DNA of 64,000 bases, from IMG/VR virus record IMGVR_UViG_3300009701_000004, positions 1 to 64,000 of that record; one strand, 5' to 3'. Position 1 is the first letter of the stretch; each line of letters starts with the position of its first letter. Shown here one piece after another: positions 17,295-25,801 of this stretch. The position numbers were made by a program, and so were the translations under genes. The notes beneath the pieces were generated by a model. That model searched no databases. It was not told the DNA's origin and saw only the letters and a program-made list of their open reading frames with translations. This stretch comes from a virus.

Positions 17295-17627
17295 ATGAAA
17301 AGTCCTGAACAGAAAATATTTGATGGCATAGTAAAATACGTTGCCGGAAACGAATCTAAATTCAACGTACATAACTTGGCTGCAGAACTCTCTTTACAAG
17401 TGATGGAGAAAGGTGAGTATCATTACGTTAATGAGGGAGAAATGATTAAAAACGATATTGTACGTTATTGCTCAAAGCACAACGAGCGTTACTATTTTAG
17501 GATACAAGAACGTTTGACCAGAGGGGAAAGTGCATGGTGTAAATTGACTACCATGGTATGTGAAGTGGAGCCTTATTTAGAAAGTAAAGTTTCTTATATT
17601 CAAATATCTCCAGAACGTTGCTTATGA
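17295..17627 (+). CDS. hypothetical protein (start moved to ATG17295)
   Basis: TGGTATAAT at 17232-17240; SD-like AGGGA. Confidence 0.6.
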   Translation: MKSPEQKIFDGIVKYVAGNESKFNVHNLAAELSLQVMEKGEYHYVNEGEMIKNDIVRYCSKHNERYYFRIQERLTRGESAWCKLTTMVCEVEPYLESKVSYIQISPERCL

Positions 17628-17655
17628 TTTATGATGCTTTAGATAGGAATGAATT

Positions 17656-17892
17656 GTGCTTCAAAAAGTAAGGGATATTCTAAGAGAGAAGCAGGATAAG
17701 GGTTACCCTCCATTTTCTGAAGTAATAGCAAAAGAATTGAATTTGAAAATATTAAAGGTGAAACAAGAACTTGGATATAACTCTCATTCTTATTCTACTA
17801 AATATCTGCATACAGACTCTGGTATTAAATTTGTAATAAACGAATATTACTCAGACGAACCTCCCTCAAGTAACTGTACATCTAATTTATGA
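17656..17892 (+). CDS. hypothetical protein
   Basis: ORF in the same operon; SD AGGA. Confidence 0.5.
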   Translation: MLQKVRDILREKQDKGYPPFSEVIAKELNLKILKVKQELGYNSHSYSTKYLHTDSGIKFVINEYYSDEPPSSNCTSNL

Positions 17893-17902
17893 AGGAATAA
17901 AC

Positions 17903-19069
17903 ATGACACGTAAACTAGCAACTCTACGTATTATCAAAGAGCTGGTGGAAATTCCTGGAGCCGACCGGATCGAGCTTGCAATTATAGATGGTTGGCAAGT
18001 AGTAGTTCAAAAAGGTCACAAGGTAGGCGATCTAGTTGTCTATTTTGAAATCGATTCCTTTTTACCGGAATCAGATCCTCGATATGCTTCATTCTCTGAG
18101 CGTTTCAATAACTGGGGAGACAAACGAGGCATGAGGGTTAAGACCATCAAACTTCGCCAGCGCCTCAGCCAGGGCGTTATTATGCCTTTGCACGAATTCC
18201 CGGAAGTTAAAAGTAGTGATTACACAGAAGGTACTGATGTAACAGAGTTGCTCGGTATCGAAAAATGGGAACCCATTGAAAAGGCAGATACGACTGGCAC
18301 TAGAGTTCCAGGTAGTTCAAGGGAAAAACGTTTCCCTGCATTCATTCGTAAAACGGATCAAGAACGAATTCAAAACTATGGACATATGGTTCAACGAGCA
18401 TCTAAAACAGATGAAACTTTTGAAGTAACTATGAAAAAAGACGGTAGTAGCTTGACCGTATTCCGCGTTGATCCAAGCAGCTTTTATTATAAGGATGCTA
18501 GAGAAATGACTGAGAAGAAACTGTCATTCTCTAAGCGGGTCTTGCGCACCATCAAAGAATTCTTCAAACCTAGCGAAGATCCTGTGTTTGGTATTTGCAG
18601 CCGCAACCTATTGTTACCACTGAAATCCGAATCCAATTTCCATACAGCGGTCTACGAGAATGACTTGCTATTGAAATTGGATAATATCGGAGGTAGCTAC
18701 GCACTGCAAGGTGAAGTAGTCGCCCCTAATATTCAAGATAACCATGAACGTGTGAATAAAGTTGAATTTCACTTATTCGATATCTACGATATTGACCGTC
18801 AAGTATACGTGTCTCCTAGTATTCGCAGAGGTATTTGTGACGAGTACGGCATTCCTCACGTAACGGTATTAGCCAAAAATGTCGGGCTGGACGAAGTTTT
18901 GAAGCCACATCTCCACAATGACGATATCGTTAAGGCCGCATTGGCGTATGCAGAAGGTCCTGGAGATAACCCGGGCGTAATCCGTGAAGGGGTAGTGTTT
19001 AAATCCGAAACCCGTGATTTTAGTTTCAAGGCTGTAAGCAATGCTTATCTTTTAAAGACTGGAAAATAG
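17903..19069 (+). CDS. ATP-dependent RNA ligase (DRB0094/Rnl2-like) with N-terminal OB-fold
   Basis: N-terminus RKLATLR...IPGADRIELA; motif I KKDGSS; GEVV, FHLFDI, EGVVFK, SFKAVSNAYLL. Confidence 0.9.
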   Translation: MTRKLATLRIIKELVEIPGADRIELAIIDGWQVVVQKGHKVGDLVVYFEIDSFLPESDPRYASFSERFNNWGDKRGMRVKTIKLRQRLSQGVIMPLHEFPEVKSSDYTEGTDVTELLGIEKWEPIEKADTTGTRVPGSSREKRFPAFIRKTDQERIQNYGHMVQRASKTDETFEVTMKKDGSSLTVFRVDPSSFYYKDAREMTEKKLSFSKRVLRTIKEFFKPSEDPVFGICSRNLLLPLKSESNFHTAVYENDLLLKLDNIGGSYALQGEVVAPNIQDNHERVNKVEFHLFDIYDIDRQVYVSPSIRRGICDEYGIPHVTVLAKNVGLDEVLKPHLHNDDIVKAALAYAEGPGDNPGVIREGVVFKSETRDFSFKAVSNAYLLKTGK

Positions 19070-19070
19070 C

Positions 19071-19610
19071 ATGGCAAAATTCAAAAAGGGTGACGTAGTT
19101 AAATGCGTATCCAGTAATGGGTATAGGTATCTCACAATCGGAGCAAAGTATGAAGTTACTGATGTAGGCAGAGATAAGTATATACGGTTAATTAATGATG
19201 AAGACCGTGCTCATTATTATAAACCTGATAATTTTGAATCGGGAGAGGGCATAGATTTTACTAAACCTATTCGTACAAAAGGAGGGATGAAAGTAGAAGT
19301 TGTTACTGCTAATGGTAGAAACGGATCAGTATTGGTTTACCTAGGAGATTCTGAAGTACCAGTGATATATGGGAAAGATGGTAGACCCCGGCCAAGTAAA
19401 GCTCTAGATGCTGAAGCTGCGGAATCTTTCACTTTGGAGAATTATACACTTGAAATCCAAATAGGGGAAGTGTATTTAAACGTATACGGCGAATCTAAAA
19501 TTGTGGTTCACAAATCTCTATGTAGTGCTGAAAGAAATTCTTCCCCTGATTTAAAGGCCCGTGTGAAAATTGACCTTGGGAAAATTGAGACTGGTCGTTT
19601 TGATATTTAA
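19071..19610 (+). CDS. SH3/KOW-like domain protein (DFTKPI family, member 1)
   Basis: FKKGDVVKC...KYEV and IDFTKPIRTKGGMKVEVV. Confidence 0.7.
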   Translation: MAKFKKGDVVKCVSSNGYRYLTIGAKYEVTDVGRDKYIRLINDEDRAHYYKPDNFESGEGIDFTKPIRTKGGMKVEVVTANGRNGSVLVYLGDSEVPVIYGKDGRPRPSKALDAEAAESFTLENYTLEIQIGEVYLNVYGESKIVVHKSLCSAERNSSPDLKARVKIDLGKIETGRFDI

Positions 19611-19749
19611 CACTAAGTAATACTAAACCGGGGGGGGGGATAACCGACCCGGTTTTTTTTAGTTTTCATTAAGATATTAAGGTTTTGGTATAAGTAAAGT
19701 GTTAAAGGTTGTTTTTCTTTTTACACTTACATTACATCGGGAGATGCAA

Positions 19750-20736
19750 ATGAGTACTGAAATTAAAGCAGGTGATTGGGTAAAGGTCACGGATTCTACT
19801 GATTTAGGAAGTATTTTCACTCAGCATTCTTTGGGAAAATCTTATAAGGTAGAGGCTGTGTCAACAGACGGGGATTTAATTAACATTATAGCCGAGGGTC
19901 GTCGCGGAGCCTTTTTCCCTTGGAGATTCACTCCAGTCAGTGCCCCAGAAGGTATTGAACATGGGGATGAAGTTATGCTGAGGCATGGTGTTGAAGTTGC
20001 TGGCATATCCAAAAATAAAGTGTATTCCGTAAATTCACTTAGTCAAATGGAAAAAGAAAGAATATGTGTAATCAAGGATGATGGTAAACTTGATTGGGTT
20101 CCAAAATCTGCTTTCGAATTAGTAGCTACCTTTAGAGAGGCCCCCATCTTCTTGTCGGGAGATATTGTTGTTCATAATCCAAACTTTACTGGTGATGTAG
20201 AAATATCCGATGATATTCCTTATAGGGTAGAGAGGGTTGGCCCAGTCGGTAAGGCTATAAGCATTAGGAATGATGAAGGTAATGTTCGAGGATACCTAGC
20301 CAGTCACTTTTCCAAAATGGATGCTTCTCAACATTTTCCTTTCTCTGATCCCCCACCACCCCTGGATTTCACCAAGCCAATAACAACTAGAGATGGTCGT
20401 AAAGTGGAGGTTGTTACTACTAAAGTTAGGGGGAACGGCGGCAATGTTATGTATTACATTGAGGATAGTGAAAATATGTATTTCACAAATCCCAATGGCC
20501 GGATGTATGATGACCCAACTCCTAGGAAAAGTGACTTGATAAACGTGCAATGGGAGGTTGAGCCAGAAGTTTTTAAAACCTACATATCTCCTAAAGGGGA
20601 TATTCTCTACTTCAGCACTGAAGGAAAGTTGTATCTTCCGGCAACAATTAAAACTGATACCTTACTTCCAAAATCGGCTGCCTCAATAGTCAGAGTTTCT
20701 CTTGGCAAAGTCAAGGTAGGCCGTAACGATAGTTAA
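19750..20736 (+). CDS. multi-SH3/KOW-like repeat protein (DFTKPI family, member 2); start moved to ATG19750
   Basis: Three GDxV...Y.V repeats plus LDFTKPITTRDGRKVEVV; TGGTATAAG at 19686-19694. Confidence 0.75.
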   Translation: MSTEIKAGDWVKVTDSTDLGSIFTQHSLGKSYKVEAVSTDGDLINIIAEGRRGAFFPWRFTPVSAPEGIEHGDEVMLRHGVEVAGISKNKVYSVNSLSQMEKERICVIKDDGKLDWVPKSAFELVATFREAPIFLSGDIVVHNPNFTGDVEISDDIPYRVERVGPVGKAISIRNDEGNVRGYLASHFSKMDASQHFPFSDPPPPLDFTKPITTRDGRKVEVVTTKVRGNGGNVMYYIEDSENMYFTNPNGRMYDDPTPRKSDLINVQWEVEPEVFKTYISPKGDILYFSTEGKLYLPATIKTDTLLPKSAASIVRVSLGKVKVGRNDS

Positions 20737-20807
20737 TAATGTTTGGAGTCGGGCATAATGTAATTTGCCCGGTTTTCTTTTTCACATTTACATCAGGAGA
20801 TAAAAGA

Positions 20808-21641
20808 ATGAGTACCGAAATTAAGGCGGGTGATTGGGTAAAATTTGTTGACACAGACGGAATTGGTGAGTTTCTCAAAAGGCATCTTGAATACTCAAAA
20901 GATAGAATTTATAAGGTAAGAGACGCATCAGAAATCGATGATAGTTGTAGATTTGAAGGGTATCCCAATTCATTTTACAAATTTAGATTTTCGGTCGTTC
21001 CTGAGCCTCAGGGTTTTGAAGTCGGTGATGAGGTTATGCTCAAACCGGATCATAACAGAACTGGATTCCATCACTGGGAAGTATACAAAGTTATAGATAC
21101 GCACGTGGATTACACACGTACCCTTATATTGCTCAAAAGCGGAAGCTCAGATAAATTGAGTTGGGAAGAGTCTAAGATATTCGACCTAATTAGCGCCCAA
21201 CGTAAAGGGAAAACCGAGGATCCTTGGTGCATAGATGTTGGAGACATTGTCGTCATTCGTCCAAGTGTAGACGCTTCAAGTGAAAGAATCCTCAGTATCA
21301 CACTAACTAAGGGCACCCCTTACGAGGTAATTCGTACGAACGGAGAGTGGCTGACATTGCGTGACGACAAAGGTTGTCTTAACGATTATGGTCGTATGCA
21401 ATTCGTTCAGATTGAACCGGATGATCCCGTTGTAAAGCCTGCCTTAGACTTGGATTTCACCAAATCGATAACGACCAGGGAAGGACTTAAAGTCGAAATA
21501 GTTTCTATTAAAGGTAGGGGAGAGCTTCCAGTTCTGTATTACGTTCAGAATTCTAACCTACTAGAATTCACCAGTCTTAATGGTAGGAAGTACGGAGATG
21601 TTACTCCAAGAAAAGAGGATCTGATCAATGTTCCAAACTAA
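20808..21641 (+). CDS. multi-SH3/KOW-like repeat protein (member 3), probably cut short by an in-frame TAA
   Basis: Starts MSTEIKAGDWVK like member 2; LDFTKSITTREGLKVEIV; SD AGGAG. Confidence 0.75.
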   Translation: MSTEIKAGDWVKFVDTDGIGEFLKRHLEYSKDRIYKVRDASEIDDSCRFEGYPNSFYKFRFSVVPEPQGFEVGDEVMLKPDHNRTGFHHWEVYKVIDTHVDYTRTLILLKSGSSDKLSWEESKIFDLISAQRKGKTEDPWCIDVGDIVVIRPSVDASSERILSITLTKGTPYEVIRTNGEWLTLRDDKGCLNDYGRMQFVQIEPDDPVVKPALDLDFTKSITTREGLKVEIVSIKGRGELPVLYYVQNSNLLEFTSLNGRKYGDVTPRKEDLINVPN

Positions 21642-21836
21642 GTAAATCTAAAGTCTTTTAAGGTTTACGTGGATAGGGATGGGTATCCCGTATCCTTTGA
21701 AGATACTTTGGGAGTTTCTTACGTGCCTACTTTTGCAAGGCCCCCTAAGAAAGATTTGACGGAAGTAGAGCTTCTTTTGCAGGGCACGGTTGTAGCCGGG
21801 GACGTTAAAACTATTGAGGTTCCTGTTCCAAAGTAA
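21642..21836 (+). pseudogene. in-frame C-terminal remnant of the preceding gene (64 codons after the TAA)
   Basis: Reads VNLKSFKVYVDRDG..., matching the paralogue's EPEVFKTYISPKG; ends before the terminator at 21866-21894. Confidence 0.6.
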
Positions 21837-21893
21837 GGGTTTTGAGTAGAAGTGTAACGGGGAAGAGCCGGGGCTAAACCCGGCTTTCTTTTT

Positions 21894-22064
21894 TCAATAA
21901 ATATGTAGATGATCACGAATATCAACTGCTGTTCTATAAGATATGACAAGCCATGTTGAATCAAGAATATCTCGATAATCGCCGAGGTTCTTTATCGCCT
22001 CTATGAGAGGGCCGTAATCATAATTTGACCCAATCTTGTCATACCCTATCAGATAGACGGCCAT
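21894..22064 (-). CDS. 56-aa Cas2/VapD-like ferredoxin-fold protein, probably truncated (not in the ORF track)
   Basis: Hand translation MAVYLIGYDKIGSNYDYGPLIEAIKNLGDYRDILDSTWLVISYRTAVDIRDHLHIY; YLIxYD and STWxV pattern. Confidence 0.5.
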   Translation of the reverse strand: MAVYLIGYDKIGSNYDYGPLIEAIKNLGDYRDILDSTWLVISYRTAVDIRDHLHIY

Positions 22065-22180
22065 GCTTACCCCAAATAGTTAATGTCTAGAAAGGTTAGA
22101 TCATGTGCCTAGTTTTGGATACTGTTGTAATTGACAGGTGCGGAGGGGATACTTGTGGTGAGGGGATAGATGTCTAAATA

Positions 22181-22213
22181 AAAAACCGGGTTTAAAGCCC
22201 GGTTTTCTTTTTT
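22181..22213. terminator. terminator after the capsid operon
   Basis: AAAACCGGG/CCCGGTTTT with A and T runs on both sides. Confidence 0.8.
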
Positions 22214-22234
22214 AGCTAAAATCCTGTCAAAACA

Positions 22235-23128
22235 TTAAAAGTTACAAACGATTGCACCATTAACATTCCCAATCCCCGAGCCTATTGCCTCATAAGTGGT
22301 AAATTCTATGAAGTCCATCTCAGTCTTTAAGAACACAGTGGCATCTTGCAAGCTATAGAATTGACCCAGATACTCTTGAGGTGCGAAGATAATACATTGA
22401 TTAGTCGGCAAAATGTCCGCCTTATTCGTAGTGATAATCTTATAACCAAAGAAGTTGTCCAAAGATGCTTGACCGCGGAACAATTCCGATGCTGCTGGTG
22501 AACCAATATCAGTGCTTGGGAAAGTCAGCAAATCAGAGTACATCGATTGAGTCATCAGGATGCATCCAACTGGTAGCTTATTCAGCAACAGATTCTTAAC
22601 CGCAGCCATCAAGTTGACCTTATTAAAACCGCCAGAGATAGTATGAACGTTACTATTTGCCGAGGCAATGCTCATAATATTTTGGTAGAAGTTATAGTCT
22701 TCTTGATATTGCAGATCCTTAACACTGTTTTCTTGAAGGATAGTGCGAATATCGGTACGGTAAGTAGCTAATTCAAACTTTGACTTCTTGAAGGTGTTAG
22801 AACTGATCTTTTGGAACGTTACAGGATACCTGACGCCCTTAAAGTAACGGATCTCTGCACGAGCCAGGAATGGCAAGTTAGCAGCGATAGAATCCGGTTC
22901 CTTTTCAACGATTACCGTTGGTTCTTCAGTCAATTGACGATCCAATTCCGAAGCAGTGATTTGAACAGGGTTCAGAATCTTACGAGTGAAACCATCTTCA
23001 CGTAGCTTTTGGCGAACGAATGCGGACATTGCGGTGCTAGCTTCCTTGACGTGACCTTGATCGACCTTATCCAGGAAGGATTGATTCATGAATTGAACGT
23101 TAATTGTTTCTTGTGCGTATGTAGTCAT
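22235..23128 (-). CDS. major capsid protein (HK97 fold, putative)
   Basis: 297 aa, last gene of the head cluster after protease and scaffold-like genes; structured leader upstream and strong terminator; FVRQKLREDGFTRKIL, IFAPQEYLG. Confidence 0.75.
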   Translation of the reverse strand: MTTYAQETINVQFMNQSFLDKVDQGHVKEASTAMSAFVRQKLREDGFTRKILNPVQITASELDRQLTEEPTVIVEKEPDSIAANLPFLARAEIRYFKGVRYPVTFQKISSNTFKKSKFELATYRTDIRTILQENSVKDLQYQEDYNFYQNIMSIASANSNVHTISGGFNKVNLMAAVKNLLLNKLPVGCILMTQSMYSDLLTFPSTDIGSPAASELFRGQASLDNFFGYKIITTNKADILPTNQCIIFAPQEYLGQFYSLQDATVFLKTEMDFIEFTTYEAIGSGIGNVNGAIVCNF

Positions 23129-23613
23129 TATGCCACCTCAACAGTAATATGAGCAGTAGTTGGAGAGCCATAACCAGAGGTAGAAGCAGCAACAACATTT
23201 AAAACGTAACCAACGATAGGGTCACCAGGAGCGTATGTCGAGCCAGTACCCGAAGCAGCAGTAGCCAGAGTCAAGACACCATTCACAGCGGTAACAGCAT
23301 TACCTGGTGCATAAGTTTGGGTGTTATCGTAGTTCGAGATATCGGCAATAAAGTTACCCCACAGAACGACAGCTTCATTTGTGTTGGCACACGAAGCACT
23401 ATCACCGTTACCAGCAACAACTAGACCAACGTTGTTAGAGCCCAGTGCTGGCGTACCAGAGCGAGCACCAACTTTCCAAACAGTACCGTCAGTATACTTG
23501 GTTACCCAGTCACCGTTATATAATGTAACACCAGCTTTGATTGGCTCAGCGCGTTCAATAGCGCCGTCGTTAGGCCAACCTCTGCGGATCATTACGGTAT
23601 TATCCATTAACAT
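23128..23613 (-). CDS. putative capsid decoration/cement protein
   Basis: Beta-rich, 161 aa, translationally coupled to the capsid gene. Confidence 0.6.
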   Translation of the reverse strand: MLMDNTVMIRRGWPNDGAIERAEPIKAGVTLYNGDWVTKYTDGTVWKVGARSGTPALGSNNVGLVVAGNGDSASCANTNEAVVLWGNFIADISNYDNTQTYAPGNAVTAVNGVLTLATAASGTGSTYAPGDPIVGYVLNVVAASTSGYGSPTTAHITVEVA

Positions 23614-23737
23614 ATTTAGATTTCCTTTTAGGTTTTTCTTTTTTTAGGTTCCGGGTAACAGCAGCTAAGCCAATAACCAGAACTTACATTTACTTCATTA
23701 ATTCCAGCTTTCGCTGAAATTGTTGTTCTTGTATAAG

Positions 23738-23744
23738 TATTTTA
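23738..23744 (-). promoter_or_regulatory. TAAAATA late motif of the capsid operon (representative of about 16 sites)
   Basis: Also at 4764, 5661, 7506, 10247, 12027, 13910, 25721, 30820, 33706, 36400 (variant), 44398, 47614, 48575, 54565 and 59149. Confidence 0.7.
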
Positions 23745-23760
23745 ACGTATAAAATCAATA

Positions 23761-24228
23761 CTAGTAATTTTGGTATTGACTATTATCGTTTTTTCTGCTG
23801 CCAGCTATTGCGCCACCAGCTAATCCTACTCCAATTACTCCTGCTCCAACTTTAGCTTGGGCTTTGTGCATGTTCAATTGAGCTTGGTCTTTTTGAAGGT
23901 TCACACGATCAAGGATGCCTTGACGGTTGTTTATCTTCTTCATATTAGATGACATTCTGGGGCCATTAACTCTGTTGCTAGCCAAATCAAACTGAGCTTG
24001 ACTCTTGAATTTACTAGGATCGAATTTACCAGTAGCTTTGCCCAAAACAGAGTTTTCATTTTTGTATTTGGCAATGTTGTTACTAAGTCCTTGAGCTTTA
24101 GCAGCTAGCGGTCTAAATTCTCTACCTCCAGCAGTTCTCATGGTTGACTTAATAGCGTCTGCGGCTCTTCCTAAGTTACCTAAAGAAAATACCCCGGCAG
24201 CAATCTTCTCCAAGTAAATATTACTCAT
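23761..24228 (-). CDS. putative internal head protein (MSNIYLEKIA tag, Gly-rich C-terminal hydrophobic segment)
   Basis: Tag motif and head-cluster position. Confidence 0.65.
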   Translation of the reverse strand: MSNIYLEKIAAGVFSLGNLGRAADAIKSTMRTAGGREFRPLAAKAQGLSNNIAKYKNENSVLGKATGKFDPSKFKSQAQFDLASNRVNGPRMSSNMKKINNRQGILDRVNLQKDQAQLNMHKAQAKVGAGVIGVGLAGGAIAGSRKNDNSQYQNY

Positions 24229-24440
24229 AGAATGCCTCGTGCTTTACGAACCATTTCTAATACTCCACCAGCCTTAGCAACAGGTTTAATGCCTGCTTGA
24301 CGAGCTTTACTTAAAGTATTGAATCCGCTAGGAATTCCGCTGTGAGCAGCTTTAGGAACAGCAGAAGCAGAATCTGCCAAGTGCATATTGGCCGAGAATT
24401 CAGAGCGCATACTCGCTAATTTTTCCAAGTACTTATTCAT
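24225..24440 (-). CDS. putative internal head protein (MNKYLEKLA tag)
   Basis: Tag motif; coupled to both neighbours. Confidence 0.65.
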   Translation of the reverse strand: MNKYLEKLASMRSEFSANMHLADSASAVPKAAHSGIPSGFNTLSKARQAGIKPVAKAGGVLEMVRKARGIL

Positions 24441-25024
24441 TATTGCAAATCCGAAAGAATGAATTCAGCTAAAGGATCAGTCTTAGTACGAGCAACGCCA
24501 ATGCCTCTCCCCATACTCCAAGGTTCATCAGATACAGAAGCAACTTTGGTTAGCAGTTCTTGATCCATGGATCTCAGCATTTCCAAATCTTCATTGGTGA
24601 ACATTCCTGAACTTGCGGCTTTAGTGATAGGTTCTGGCAAAGTGACTTCTTGAATACGAAGATCTTCTGCGGCTTTTTCCATAGACTTAACCAATTCGTC
24701 TCGTTCGGCTTCTAATTGTTCAATATATGTTGCAGCAGATTTAAGCAAACCAATAGTGGGGTCTTGTGCAACATTGAACCCTGTCAAATCTTTGATATTC
24801 ATATTAGCAGCTTTGACAAGTGCTACGGCTTGTTCGATATCGACACCCGAACTGGAGACAATCTCTTGAGCAGCAATTTTCTCCATTTCTAATTGGGCGA
24901 TTTCAACACGAGCAGCTTTTTCGTCCATACCTGCTTGTTTCAGTAGTTCAACTGCACACTCTTCAGGAGAAGAAAGGCGAATTTGTTCAGCACGATCTAA
25001 AAGCTGTTTCGACATTTGTGACAT
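24440..25024 (-). CDS. putative scaffold/core protein rich in KxA sites
   Basis: LKQAG, EKIAA, VKAAN, LKSAA, EKAAE, TKAAS, TKVAS; helical. Confidence 0.55.
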   Translation of the reverse strand: MSQMSKQLLDRAEQIRLSSPEECAVELLKQAGMDEKAARVEIAQLEMEKIAAQEIVSSSGVDIEQAVALVKAANMNIKDLTGFNVAQDPTIGLLKSAATYIEQLEAERDELVKSMEKAAEDLRIQEVTLPEPITKAASSGMFTNEDLEMLRSMDQELLTKVASVSDEPWSMGRGIGVARTKTDPLAEFILSDLQ

Positions 25025-25025
25025 A

Positions 25026-25712
25026 TTAATTTTCTTCCTTTTTCCAATCCAGTAATACCGGATGCATAATATCTAAATCATTTAAGGCTTCTTTATGGGC
25101 TTCATTTTCACCAATGGCTAGACCCAGTAAACTCCCTAACCCTCCAGCCATTACCCCAGTCAAACCTGGTTTGCCACCAGTGTGTGAAGCTAGGATAGCT
25201 GCGACAGCCCCAGACGTTAAGCCTAAGCCAGCCCCATATCCTAAAGGTTTCCAGCTGCTATCAACTTGTCTGGCGTATTGATGGTATTGATTCCTATCCA
25301 GATTAACAGGTGGAGTGTTGAACAAACCACTTCCTAAACCGGGATTACCTCTTACAGCATACGTTTCGGCAAGTTTTTCTAAATATTTGTTAGGGCTAGC
25401 CGAGGGGGTTGAATTAGCTTGTTTATTCAAATGATTATTGTATTTTACCGCTGCGTAATCCCCGACAAGACCTAGTCCTCCACCTACTGCACCAATAGCC
25501 AAGCCCTTTTTAAAGCCCTCGCTTTTTATAGCAGTTCCTACTGTACTTATAGGTTTTTTAATGGCATTGCTTAAACGTTCGGCAAATGGCACCACACTCT
25601 TTGCACCCTTACCAGTCAAAGCGTTAGTCACCGGATGTGCTAATCCTGAAGATACTGCTCCAGTAGCTCCAATAACCGCTGTATCCCTTAATTCGTGATT
25701 GTTGTTTGACAT
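25026..25712 (-). CDS. putative internal head polyprotein with Gly-rich hydrophobic segments
   Basis: Internal PNKYLEKLA; GxxxG segments on both sides of it. Confidence 0.6.
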   Translation of the reverse strand: MSNNNHELRDTAVIGATGAVSSGLAHPVTNALTGKGAKSVVPFAERLSNAIKKPISTVGTAIKSEGFKKGLAIGAVGGGLGLVGDYAAVKYNNHLNKQANSTPSASPNKYLEKLAETYAVRGNPGLGSGLFNTPPVNLDRNQYHQYARQVDSSWKPLGYGAGLGLTSGAVAAILASHTGGKPGLTGVMAGGLGSLLGLAIGENEAHKEALNDLDIMHPVLLDWKKEEN

Positions 25713-25801
25713 GGTTATTATATTTTACTCTATTTGTCAAAACGCTAATATAAACTAACGCTTTGAAAAATAGCCTGAACGAGTCAGGCTAAATTTATTT
25801 C

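Noticed and set aside
19629-19639. G11 homopolymer as a phase-variation tract
   Set aside because: It lies in the stem and loop of an intergenic terminator, so length changes would not alter a reading frame.
21719-21964. 81-aa minus-strand ORF from the track
   Set aside because: It crosses a terminator and overlaps two better-supported elements (the 21642-21836 remnant and the 21894-22064 ORF).
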